A stretch of 64,000 bases of DNA from a virus, in the IMG/VR virus record IMGVR_UViG_3300025276_000022. The stretch is one strand, 5' to 3'. The position numbers and the translations under genes are program-made. The stretch's first letter is position 1. Each line of letters starts with the position of its first letter. The notes under the pieces are model-generated. The model was not told where the DNA came from. It saw nothing but the letters and a program-made list of their open reading frames with translations, and ran no database searches. Shown here one piece after another: positions 37,404 through 46,865 of this stretch.

Positions 37404-37588
37404 TCCCCACTGTACGGGGCTCGGTACTACAGAGATGAACGTTGCGCTTTTAATAGCGCACTAACTTGGTAACTGCGATCTCTCAAACGTGCGTGTTATT
37501 AATACCACGGCAGTCGGGAAACCACAATCCCAACAAGTTAAGGTTCACCAATCATAAAGTACCATTAAGAGCCCCGTACTCGTGGGGA
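37404..37588 (+). ncRNA. Candidate highly structured ncRNA (~185 nt)
   Basis: Terminal GC-rich stem plus at least five nested helices, no ORF. Confidence 0.65.
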
Positions 37589-37630
37589 TCCTTACGTGAC
37601 TAATAAAGTGAAATGAGTCACCCATCGCCC

Positions 37631-37659
37631 TTGACAAATCTGTCCAAATCCTTTATAAT
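37631..37659 (+). promoter_or_regulatory. sigma70 promoter
   Basis: TTGACA-N17-TATAAT. Confidence 0.85.
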
Positions 37660-37689
37660 GTAGTATATTAAATTGAATTGGATTATATT

Positions 37690-38409
37690 ATGTTTAAACA
37701 TGTTCCCGTAGAACTGACTGAGATGACTGCTGTTACTACTGACACTGGTCGTCAATACGAAACCCCCGAAGGTATAACCTTACCTTCTATCACCACTGTT
37801 CTTTCTATTCTCTCTCGCGACTCCATTGCTAAATGGCGTGCTCGTGTTGGTGAGAAAGAAGCTAACCGTGTCTCCTATCGCGCATCTACGCGTGGTACTG
37901 CGGTTCACGAAATCTGTGAACAGTATGTCAATAACGATCCCGACTATGAAAAGTACATGGCCATCAATCCTGACAATGGTGAGATGAAGATGACTAAACG
38001 TACTCCCGATCTAATCGATTCCTTCCTAAAGATTAAACCAATCCTTGACGAACGTCTTACCCTTGTCCATGCACAAGAAGCACCTCTGTACTCTACCCAT
38101 CTGGGTGTGGCAGGTCGTGTGGATTGCGTCGGTGTCTTCGACGGTAAGTTGTCGATCATTGACTACAAGACTTCTATGAAGCCTAAACGCCTTGACTGGA
38201 TTAAGAATTACTTCATGCAAGAGTCTGCATATGCAATTATGTGGGAAGAACGCACTGGAATGCCTATCACTCAGTTAGTGACCGTCATCTCTGTCGACAA
38301 TCACGAACCTCAAGTATTTGTTGAACACCGTGATAACTGGGTGCGTCCACTCCGTGATACTATTGCTCAATATAAAGAAGAAAATAGTGCTAATGCTCTT
38401 GACATATAA
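37690..38409 (+). CDS. PD-(D/E)XK exonuclease
   Basis: LPSITTVL, RGTAVH..CE, QE.PLYS, AGRVDC, IIDYKTS, YFMQ..AY. Confidence 0.9.
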   Translation: MFKHVPVELTEMTAVTTDTGRQYETPEGITLPSITTVLSILSRDSIAKWRARVGEKEANRVSYRASTRGTAVHEICEQYVNNDPDYEKYMAINPDNGEMKMTKRTPDLIDSFLKIKPILDERLTLVHAQEAPLYSTHLGVAGRVDCVGVFDGKLSIIDYKTSMKPKRLDWIKNYFMQESAYAIMWEERTGMPITQLVTVISVDNHEPQVFVEHRDNWVRPLRDTIAQYKEENSANALDI

Positions 38410-38412
38410 ATA
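38405..38412 (+). promoter_or_regulatory. Late promoter (nested in a TTGACA...TATACT arrangement)
   Basis: TATAAATA. Confidence 0.75.
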
Positions 38413-38465
38413 GTATCTGTTATACTCTATAAACAAACTTGAGTTAAATAACGTAGGAATTTTTT

Positions 38466-39620
38466 ATGGCAGCTTTATCTTACAAAGAAATTACCAAGGA
38501 GAACAAGGAGTATCGTTCTGAGCTTCTTGTCGAAAAGGTTTTTTCTAGAAACGGAAAGTCTAATAATTTTGTTATTGAAGGAGAAGGTGTTCTGGTCGCA
38601 GAATATATTAAGATAAACGACAAGAAGATCTCTTCTGGAGATACCCATGATATAGTAGGTATGATATTTGCTCTGAAACTTTTACCCGTTTCCCAAAGAA
38701 AGATTTTAGTATGCGGTAAATTTCAAGGACAGTCTGCGAATAAATCGTTTCTTATATCTAAATTAGAGAAGACCGAAGAATTTGGTGGTCAACCTGCCGG
38801 CGGTACCAGAGTAAACAAAGGTATCCAATTCGAACACGACTTCGTTGATGTTCTAAACGAACAACTTTCGGGTACTATGAGTAGTAAGACGTATTCGAAA
38901 GAAGTCGACTACATTCTCAAAGCTTGTGCTAAAAAGGAAAGATCTCCGGTAGTAAAGATATTGGCGGAAGGTGGACAGAACCAAAGTCGTCCTATCGCAG
39001 TACAGGGCGGTAAGTTATATATTGCCCCTAATGACCATAAAGCACATGGCGAGAAGTTGACTGATATTACTCTAGTTCACGCCAACAACAAAAAATCATA
39101 TCTATCTTTGAAGTTCTCAAGTACTCTCACTTTCATGAATGCTGGTGTTGGAATGATCTTCACTCAGAGAGACATGTTAAATAATGAAGTCACTACTCCA
39201 ATCGGTAAGCAGATAATAGAGACGTTTGGGTTGGACGAAACTATGTTTTGTGAGGTGTTCACGCAGTATGGAAAACAAAAGTTTCCTTCTGTAAAAACCT
39301 CTATGAACAATACCAAGTTAAAGAATTTCCTTCAAACATGTATCGGCTCTGGTTATTGGATGGTTCATGGTATGGAAGGTGGAAAGGTTTACTTCTGGGA
39401 AATGTCTTCTGCGAAAAATCCGCAGTATTCTACTATCACGGGTGATGTTGAGATTCAATACGGTGGTTCTTCAGGTAAAGGTAAACGTATTGATATCGTG
39501 TTCAGCAATCAATATTTTGACTTTAAGATAAACATTAGAAATAAACAGGGGGGTTTGTATCCTTCACACATAATGTGTGACTATAAGAGCAAACCAGCAA
39601 CAGGAAAAGTGTTACTATGA
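38466..39620 (+). CDS. Restriction-endonuclease-like PD-(D/E)XK protein
   Basis: NKGIQFE, LTDITL...YLSLK, KINIRNKQGG.YP. Confidence 0.55.
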   Translation: MAALSYKEITKENKEYRSELLVEKVFSRNGKSNNFVIEGEGVLVAEYIKINDKKISSGDTHDIVGMIFALKLLPVSQRKILVCGKFQGQSANKSFLISKLEKTEEFGGQPAGGTRVNKGIQFEHDFVDVLNEQLSGTMSSKTYSKEVDYILKACAKKERSPVVKILAEGGQNQSRPIAVQGGKLYIAPNDHKAHGEKLTDITLVHANNKKSYLSLKFSSTLTFMNAGVGMIFTQRDMLNNEVTTPIGKQIIETFGLDETMFCEVFTQYGKQKFPSVKTSMNNTKLKNFLQTCIGSGYWMVHGMEGGKVYFWEMSSAKNPQYSTITGDVEIQYGGSSGKGKRIDIVFSNQYFDFKINIRNKQGGLYPSHIMCDYKSKPATGKVLL

Positions 39621-40837
39621 ATACGTTTCAGCAGTTCATCACAGAGAACAAAAATACACACATGACTCATATTGAGGACAAGGTTCTCTATGGTGGTGTT
39701 GATGGTACGCGTCAGGCTATTAATGCTCTGCGTGGTCTACGAGATCTACTTGCTGGACATGGTGCCGGTAAGGTCTCTGTCAAGTGGGACGGTGCTCCTG
39801 CTGTATTCTGTGGAACAGATCCAAGTGACGATAAGTTCTTTGTTGCTAAGAAAGGTATCTTCAATAAGAATCCAATGGTATACAAGACTAATGCTGACAT
39901 CGATGCTGATACATCTGGTGACCTAAATGCGAAGTTAAAGGAAGCATTACTATATCTTCCGGAGTTAGGAATCGTGGGTGTTATTCAGGGAGACTTCCTT
40001 TTCGGTAAAGGTGATGTATCTACCAAGGTTATCGAAGGACAGAAGTATACTGCATTCCACCCAAACACTATTGCATATGCAGTACCATATGATCAAGCAA
40101 AATCTGTACGAGATGCTAAGATCGGTATCGTGTGGCACACTACGTATAAAGGTGCTACTTTCGAATCTATGACAGCGTCATACGGAGTAGATGTTTCTAA
40201 ACTAACGAAGTCTAAGAACGTATGGTCTCAAGACGCGATGTTGCGAGATGCTACTAAAGCGACAATGTCAGACAAGGACACCGTTGAAGTTAATGCACGT
40301 TTGACTGAGATCGGTCGTCTATTCAAGCAGACCTCTGCAAAAACTCTAAAGACCTTAGAGGCCTCTCCGAAGTTAGCACAGGCGATAGAAACCTACAACA
40401 ATTCGTTCGTTCGTGCCGGTGCATTGTTGCCTGACTCAAAAAGACATGTTAGCGGATTGATAAGTAATAGACAAGCTTACTATAAAAAGGAGATAGACAG
40501 TAAGAAGTCTGAACGTGGTAAGGAGACGTGGAGACAGAAATATGCAGACGAAATGGAGTTTTTCTCTGCAAAAAACCGTGCTAACCTAGTTAAAATGTTC
40601 GAATTACAGAAATTGATAGTTTTGGTCAAATTAAAACTTATAAATAGTTTAGACAAACTAAAGACAATTGATACTTTCGTTAAAACTTCTAAAGGTTACA
40701 AAGTAACTGGTGAAGAAGGTTATGTAGCAATTGACACACTTGGTGGTGATGCGGTGAAACTTGTTGATCGTATGGAATTCTCATACAACAACTTTTCATC
40801 CGATATATTAAAGGGCTGGGATTCAGCTCGTAAATAA
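39617..40837 (+). CDS. Ligase-like (KxDG) conserved T4-like protein with capsid-targeting-like N-terminus
   Basis: MNTFQQFITE; KNTHMTHIED; SVKWDGAPA; QGD; EGYV; VKLVDR.EFS. Confidence 0.7.
   Translation: MNTFQQFITENKNTHMTHIEDKVLYGGVDGTRQAINALRGLRDLLAGHGAGKVSVKWDGAPAVFCGTDPSDDKFFVAKKGIFNKNPMVYKTNADIDADTSGDLNAKLKEALLYLPELGIVGVIQGDFLFGKGDVSTKVIEGQKYTAFHPNTIAYAVPYDQAKSVRDAKIGIVWHTTYKGATFESMTASYGVDVSKLTKSKNVWSQDAMLRDATKATMSDKDTVEVNARLTEIGRLFKQTSAKTLKTLEASPKLAQAIETYNNSFVRAGALLPDSKRHVSGLISNRQAYYKKEIDSKKSERGKETWRQKYADEMEFFSAKNRANLVKMFELQKLIVLVKLKLINSLDKLKTIDTFVKTSKGYKVTGEEGYVAIDTLGGDAVKLVDRMEFSYNNFSSDILKGWDSARK
40639..40646 (+). promoter_or_regulatory. Internal late promoter
   Basis: TATAAATA ~220 nt upstream of 40862. 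Confidence 0.55.
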
Positions 40838-40861
40838 TGGGATAAACCAAAAAAGGAATAG

Positions 40862-41236
40862 ATGACTATGATGTCATTTAAAGATATGGTAAATGAAGTA
40901 CTCGACGTAGCACAACGTCGAAAACTTGCACAGCGAATGAAAAGAAATAAATCCAGAATTGCAATCGCACGTAAACGTAGCGAAAAGAAAATTGCTAACA
41001 TGGATACCCTCAAGAAACGTGCACGTCGTCAAGCACGTAATGCAATGGTCGCTAAGATCACTAAGGGTAAAGGTAAAGCGGATATGTCTATCGCTCGTAA
41101 GAAAGACATAGAAAAAAGGATGGAACGTCCTGCCGTACAATCACGTATAGATCGCCAGGCTAAGAAACTTGTAAAGGTTGTTCGTAAGCAAGAAATCGAA
41201 CGCAAAAGAAATAGGTCTAAAGGCGATAACAAGTGA
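40862..41236 (+). CDS. Highly basic protein with capsid-targeting-like N-terminus
   Basis: MSFKDMVNE then Arg/Lys-rich helix. Confidence 0.8.
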   Translation: MTMMSFKDMVNEVLDVAQRRKLAQRMKRNKSRIAIARKRSEKKIANMDTLKKRARRQARNAMVAKITKGKGKADMSIARKKDIEKRMERPAVQSRIDRQAKKLVKVVRKQEIERKRNRSKGDNK

Positions 41237-42912
41237 TTAAGAATTTTAGTCAATACCTTGTCGAAGAAGAACGAGAAGTTTACTTTACGTTTGGTCGTAT
41301 GAATCCTCCTACGATTGGCCATGGCAAGGTGATGGATGCGTTAGCAATAAAGTCTGGGAAATCAGACTATAAGGTATTTGTGTCACAGTCACAAGACGCG
41401 AAGAAGAATCCTTTAGCATACGCAGATAAAATCAAGCACACAAGAAAAATGTTTCCGAAACACGCACGGAATATCATGGTGGATAAGTCTGTTAAAACAG
41501 CTATCAACGCCATGGTCGTACTATATGACCAAGGTTACAAATCCGTAACACTGGTTGTTGGAGACGACAGAATTACAGAATTCGATGTACTATTAAATAA
41601 GTATAATGGTACTAAAGCAAGACATGGTTTTTATAATTTTAAAAATATCAAGATAGTATCTGCCGGTAAGAGAGATCCAGATTCTACTGGTGTCGAAGGC
41701 ATGTCTGCTTCCAAACAAAGAGAGAACGCGTCTAGTGATGATTTCGTTTCTTTCTCGCAAGGTGTTCCTAAGTCAATGTCAGATCCAGACACACGTAAGT
41801 TATTTAACGACGTGCGTAAGGGTATGGGGCTAAAAGAAGCAAATGGATTCCGTAATCACCTAGAACTAGAAACAGTATCCGAAACACGAGAGAAATTCGT
41901 GCAAGGAGAATTGTTCGAGGTAGGCGATATAGTAGTAATCAAAGAAAGTGAAGAGGTTGCTACTATATCCGTCCTAGGTGCAAACTACGTCATCGTTGAA
42001 ACTAGCGATGGTAAGAAGATGCGTAAATGGTTAGAGTCTGTGGAGTTGATCTCCGAAGACGTTGACCAGAAGCAACTTAATGATTTAGAGAAGTTCGGTG
42101 ACCGTCTATTGAAGAAGTTCAATATCGACATCGAGTTTACTCGACACTTCGCAGACCGTATGAACGATACACGTAATAGTCCTGCTATTAAGGTAACGGA
42201 ACTTCAACGTCTGTTTAAGAAGATTGCAAAGAATAAGGGCAAAGGCATAAAAAAGCATGGGGATGCTGAGGCAGTATTGAAAGATATGCAGTCAGACCTA
42301 AATTTACCTGTCGTTGTAAACTATAAGGACGGTGAGTTCGAAATGGTTAACAAGACTATTATGCGTAAGAAGAACTTCAAAACTACTAGTCCGGTCGTGC
42401 AATACGAAGGACAGGATCCAGATATCAAGGATCGTGAAGGGACTCAACCATCACGTTATCACAAAGGTCTAGAGAAATCTACCAAGGTAAAACGTGACGC
42501 ACACTTCAAAGCAAAGAAAGATGGCCCAGCGCCAGGCGATGCAACTGCCAAGACCAAACCTTCCAAGTACACCAAGTCATTCAAGGACATGTACGACGAA
42601 GATTGTTGGGACGGTTACAAGCAAGTCGGTATGAAAAAGAAAGGTGGTAAGACAGTCCCTAATTGTGTTGCAGAAGATAATAGTCAAGGTATTAACGAAG
42701 GGTTCATGGACACAGTAAAGTCTAAGACCATCAATAAAAAAGAATATCAACATGCTTTGTCTACTTTAAAGAAGCTTCTGACTCGTAAGAGTGATGAGAA
42801 TAAAGGTAAACTAACTCATAGTACAGAGTATTATGCACAGAAGGTTGCCAAATCATATTCGGGTATGAGCACTAAAACACTGCATAGTATGTTAGGGAAA
42901 TGGAAACCATGA
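41233..42912 (+). CDS. HxGH-class nucleotidyltransferase fused to several small C-terminal modules
   Basis: MIKNFSQYLVE; FTFGRMNPPTIGH; VVGDDR; GMSASKQRE; modules after LISE, QYE, YDE, INE. Confidence 0.8.
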   Translation: MIKNFSQYLVEEEREVYFTFGRMNPPTIGHGKVMDALAIKSGKSDYKVFVSQSQDAKKNPLAYADKIKHTRKMFPKHARNIMVDKSVKTAINAMVVLYDQGYKSVTLVVGDDRITEFDVLLNKYNGTKARHGFYNFKNIKIVSAGKRDPDSTGVEGMSASKQRENASSDDFVSFSQGVPKSMSDPDTRKLFNDVRKGMGLKEANGFRNHLELETVSETREKFVQGELFEVGDIVVIKESEEVATISVLGANYVIVETSDGKKMRKWLESVELISEDVDQKQLNDLEKFGDRLLKKFNIDIEFTRHFADRMNDTRNSPAIKVTELQRLFKKIAKNKGKGIKKHGDAEAVLKDMQSDLNLPVVVNYKDGEFEMVNKTIMRKKNFKTTSPVVQYEGQDPDIKDREGTQPSRYHKGLEKSTKVKRDAHFKAKKDGPAPGDATAKTKPSKYTKSFKDMYDEDCWDGYKQVGMKKKGGKTVPNCVAEDNSQGINEGFMDTVKSKTINKKEYQHALSTLKKLLTRKSDENKGKLTHSTEYYAQKVAKSYSGMSTKTLHSMLGKWKP

Positions 42913-43181
42913 TTAATTTTAAGAAATACCTTGACGAAAAGAGATATGCCATGTATGATACAGTTGACTTGGACGAAAGTCCGGACGGTATCTCTGCAAA
43001 GGCAAAGAAGTCAGGTATCTCTACAGAGACACTAAATACTGTGTATCGACGTGGAGTTGCAGCATGGAAGACGGGTCACCGTCCCGGCACAACACCACAG
43101 CAATGGGGAATGGCGAGAGTCAATGCCTTTATAGTAAAGAAAAAGAAAGGTGGTCTCAACCACGACAAGGATTTAGCATAA
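42909..43181 (+). CDS. Small basic protein with capsid-targeting-like N-terminus
   Basis: MINFKKYLDE; VYRRGVAAWKTGHRPG..PQQW.MARVN.F. Confidence 0.8.
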   Translation: MINFKKYLDEKRYAMYDTVDLDESPDGISAKAKKSGISTETLNTVYRRGVAAWKTGHRPGTTPQQWGMARVNAFIVKKKKGGLNHDKDLA

Positions 43182-43242
43182 TCCGAAATACCTAAATAGC
43201 AATACAAATTTTAACTACTATTTTCAAAGGACGACATAACAA

Positions 43243-46200
43243 ATGGGTATCAAATTACAAGCTGGAAGCAAATTTAGTGCGGGCATGAAACTCTCCACCG
43301 CAAACGCTGGTTGGAGCATGATAGTGGGCGCCGATTTTTCTGACGGAGCAAGCGGAGAAAGCAATGGTGGTGCAGTATATCTGGTTAAAGAGAACGGAGA
43401 ACAGGTAGATCTTGTTCCCTCGGATCAAAATATTGGCAGTTATGGTATGTTGGGTAAAGCAGTAGCTACTAATGGAGACGTTATTGTTATCGGTCATGGC
43501 CATAATGATTTGCAAGAAAACAACGCTGGAGCTGTGTTTGTTTTCGATTCTAGTGGTCAAGAGTTATACGCACATTATGATGTTACTCCGGTTTCTGGTG
43601 AGGGGTTTGGCGATGCTATTGCACTTAGTCAAGACGGAACCAGAATGGCTGTACGTAAGAGTCTTCCTAATTACGCTGGTGTTGTGGTCTTAATGGACAT
43701 TGATGGTTCCAACAAAGTTGAAATAACCTATGGCACTGACTTTTTTGGAGGACTTGGTTATCGATTTGGATTTACCGCTAATAAGTTTGTCATTGCCGAT
43801 ACAGAACATCCGGCGGCACGTGCTGGTGAAGTTTATATCTATAACTTAGACGGTTCTCTATCAAGTGTAGTTTCTTCTCCTGCATCAGGCGATGCTCGCT
43901 TTGGTGAAAACCTAGCGGTTGATCACTCCGGATCTAAATTTGTGGTAAGTGCTCCATATGCTAACGGCGAAGCGGGCGCAATGTATGTGTACGAAGAAGA
44001 TGGTACTTTGCTTCATACAATAACAACGTCTGGTTCGAACAGACTTGGTCAACATGTCGCATATGGTTCGGGTAAGATAGTAACACTAGATAAGAAAACT
44101 AATTTCTCGCTTAAACTTCGCATATTTGACGAAGATGGGTCTAATGAAATTGTTAAAACTAGCACGACCGAACAGTATCACTTTGAGATCACCCATTGGA
44201 CTGGTGCTCTTTCAATATTTGGAAACGTTATTGCCGCTGGCGCGAGTGGGTATACCCAACGCGGCCCCCACAGCAATGCCAATTATACTATGGCCAACAA
44301 TCCGAACCCAGGCCCGGATGTTAATGGTATCGTATTCTTATACGATCTAGACGGTACTAATGAAAGAAGGATTGTTCCTACTGATCCAAATATAACTAAT
44401 CCAAACTCGTTCTACATGCCACAGTTTGGAGTAGGCATAGCAGGATATCAACAAGCAGCGCCTGTGATGCCATATGTTGCTCCAGTATATGATTGGACTT
44501 CAGCAACACAGCCACTTAATCTATCGAATGGTGGTGGCGATTCAACAGGTGCCGTGGCAAGTAACAGCACTGGGTTTGCTCAAGGGCATATGTCCTCGCC
44601 CAGCGAAGTAGTTGTATATGATACTTCTGGTAATGTTGTTCATACTATATCTGGGCCAGTCGGTGCCAGTTCTTTCGGGGGATATAGAATGCTGCTTATG
44701 AACGAAACCCATATATTAATAGCATCCTATAACTACGCGACTGATGGATTAAATGTTGGTAAAGCTTGGTTACATGATGTAACAACTGGTACATTATTAC
44801 ATTCATTCCTCCCTGCTGGTTATGCTCAAAACACTGGGGTCGACCTTGCATTCGGTTCCTGTATTGGATTGTCTGAAAAGTATGCCGCAATTGGTATAAA
44901 TGCATACGCCGACCAGCCAAAGATTCATCAATATGATGTTTCTACAGGATTACTAGTACGAGAAATTACACCACATGCGCCAGTAGGAACAAACCAACGT
45001 TGGGGACACGGTGTTGCTATATCGGACTCTTATGTCGCGGCTGGTGTGCCGAGCGGATCAAACCACGGGTACGTAGAAATATTTGACGCCTCAAACGGAC
45101 AGTTCTTGAGAACTTTAAATAATCCACAACCAAGCAGCTTGGATTATTTCGGCACCACAGTGAGGATTTCTGGTGACTATATTTGCATTTCTACTCCTAA
45201 CGAAGATAGTCCTACCTTTGGATATGACACTGGTGTAGTATACGTATTTAATATAACCGATGGTTCTTTACTACAAACTATTACTCCAACTATCGCCACA
45301 GGCAGCTTCGGTATGGATATTTCTGTTTCAGGCAAATATCTTGCTATTAGTGACTACGCCCACGTCCCCGGCCGGACAACAGACTACCCCGGCCGTGCCT
45401 TTGTTTATGATATGACAGATGGTTCATTGTTATATACTGCAAATAATCCAACTCCAGTTGATTATGATTTCATGGGACAGTCTGTCTCGATTTCGGGCGG
45501 ATCATTAATTACTGTTGCGAGGAATGATGGACAGAACCAAGCACATGTGTGGAAAGCACCGTTAGGCTCTACTCAACTTCCATATGTTGCTCCGCCTAGT
45601 GCACCTAGTGCACCTAGTGCACCTACACCAAATAAAATCTTAATGTACTCGCCAGACAATTTGTACAACAGCGCGATCAATAATATCCGTGGTGGTTTGG
45701 TGATGTCGGATTTTGACGGTAGTAACTCTATCACTTTACAAACACTAACACCACAGTCTAGTGCCGGTGGTGATGGTAAAGTTGTAAGTATCACACGGTC
45801 AAATAGTCAAATTAGAATTTATGACCAAACTACTGGTCAGTTAGAACAGACCTTTAACGATGCGACAGTAGATTCCGCTATGGCAGCCCAAATTAATGAG
45901 TCCGCTATGTCTATCGCTATTGGAGCAGGAAAAATATTCATTAACGCTGCTGAATATTATCCAAATGGCCTTGGTGCGATTATCGTCGTAGATTTACTGG
46001 ATCGTAATGTTCCTACATACCTTATTACTCCTGTAGTGTCAGGTACATACTCTCGAATCGGCACGTCCGGTTACGGCGGACTTAGATTCATTGAGGGTAG
46101 AATTTATGCCGGTTCAGCACCGTGGGATGCCACTGCTAGAGGAATACATGGTTTTGATGTAGATGGATCCAATCCTACGTTTATCCCCACCAGTTACGGG

Positions 46201-46662
46201 ACACATAGTTTTGTTAAATACGGTGACAACTGGGCAGCGAGTAATGGAGATGACGGAGTAGAGATACTATCTTCAACTGGACAAGTCCTACACTCTGTGA
46301 AGGTTTCTCCACAATTTGGGTATCACTTAGAAACTACTTTATCCGGAAAGTTGGTTGTTGTCGACCATACTCAGTTTAACAGCAAAGTTTATATATATGA
46401 TGAAGGACTTACTAATGAGGTTGTTATTAGTGGTGATCAACAAGCGAACGATGATTTATGGGGTGATGGTAGTGTCACCAATCGTGCTGGTGTGGCAGTC
46501 TTCGGTAATGATATACTAGTATCGGCGAAAAATGCAGATGCTAACGGTCTAACTAACTGTGGAGCAGTATATCGTTACAACGACTCTGGAGTTCTACAGG
46601 ATATATTCTACGGAACTGTCAACCAGCAAATGTTAGGTCAACGTATCGAAGTAGCTTACTAA
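43243..46662 (+). CDS. Large beta-propeller (FG-GAP-like) protein, probable virion adhesin
   Basis: Repeated FG..VA / GAVY.Y..DG blades; three blocks separated by Pro-rich PYVAP linkers. Confidence 0.75.
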   Translation: MGIKLQAGSKFSAGMKLSTANAGWSMIVGADFSDGASGESNGGAVYLVKENGEQVDLVPSDQNIGSYGMLGKAVATNGDVIVIGHGHNDLQENNAGAVFVFDSSGQELYAHYDVTPVSGEGFGDAIALSQDGTRMAVRKSLPNYAGVVVLMDIDGSNKVEITYGTDFFGGLGYRFGFTANKFVIADTEHPAARAGEVYIYNLDGSLSSVVSSPASGDARFGENLAVDHSGSKFVVSAPYANGEAGAMYVYEEDGTLLHTITTSGSNRLGQHVAYGSGKIVTLDKKTNFSLKLRIFDEDGSNEIVKTSTTEQYHFEITHWTGALSIFGNVIAAGASGYTQRGPHSNANYTMANNPNPGPDVNGIVFLYDLDGTNERRIVPTDPNITNPNSFYMPQFGVGIAGYQQAAPVMPYVAPVYDWTSATQPLNLSNGGGDSTGAVASNSTGFAQGHMSSPSEVVVYDTSGNVVHTISGPVGASSFGGYRMLLMNETHILIASYNYATDGLNVGKAWLHDVTTGTLLHSFLPAGYAQNTGVDLAFGSCIGLSEKYAAIGINAYADQPKIHQYDVSTGLLVREITPHAPVGTNQRWGHGVAISDSYVAAGVPSGSNHGYVEIFDASNGQFLRTLNNPQPSSLDYFGTTVRISGDYICISTPNEDSPTFGYDTGVVYVFNITDGSLLQTITPTIATGSFGMDISVSGKYLAISDYAHVPGRTTDYPGRAFVYDMTDGSLLYTANNPTPVDYDFMGQSVSISGGSLITVARNDGQNQAHVWKAPLGSTQLPYVAPPSAPSAPSAPTPNKILMYSPDNLYNSAINNIRGGLVMSDFDGSNSITLQTLTPQSSAGGDGKVVSITRSNSQIRIYDQTTGQLEQTFNDATVDSAMAAQINESAMSIAIGAGKIFINAAEYYPNGLGAIIVVDLLDRNVPTYLITPVVSGTYSRIGTSGYGGLRFIEGRIYAGSAPWDATARGIHGFDVDGSNPTFIPTSYGTHSFVKYGDNWAASNGDDGVEILSSTGQVLHSVKVSPQFGYHLETTLSGKLVVVDHTQFNSKVYIYDEGLTNEVVISGDQQANDDLWGDGSVTNRAGVAVFGNDILVSAKNADANGLTNCGAVYRYNDSGVLQDIFYGTVNQQMLGQRIEVAY

Positions 46663-46680
46663 AAATAAATAGGATACCTT

Positions 46681-46863
46681 ATGAGCAAAACTAAGAAACC
46701 TCGTAACAAAAAGATGTCACAAGCCAAGAAGGAAAAGTTACAGTCTACTAGTTTTGAAAACAACCAATTTAGCACAATGGGGTCGCAAGGCCCCAAACTA
46801 AAGGCAACCAATATTAATACAACCGCAACGAAAATGATTCGGGGCGCATCAAGAGGAAGTTAA
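46681..46863 (+). CDS. Small basic hypothetical protein
   Basis: AGGA RBS, 60 aa. Confidence 0.6.
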   Translation: MSKTKKPRNKKMSQAKKEKLQSTSFENNQFSTMGSQGPKLKATNINTTATKMIRGASRGS

Positions 46864-46865
46864 AG

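Noticed and set aside
33226-37588. Assigning the structured RNAs to tmRNA, RNase P or a hammerhead
   Set aside because: No tRNA-like ends with a tag ORF, no GAGGAAAGUCC motif and no CUGAUGA/GAAA core recognised.
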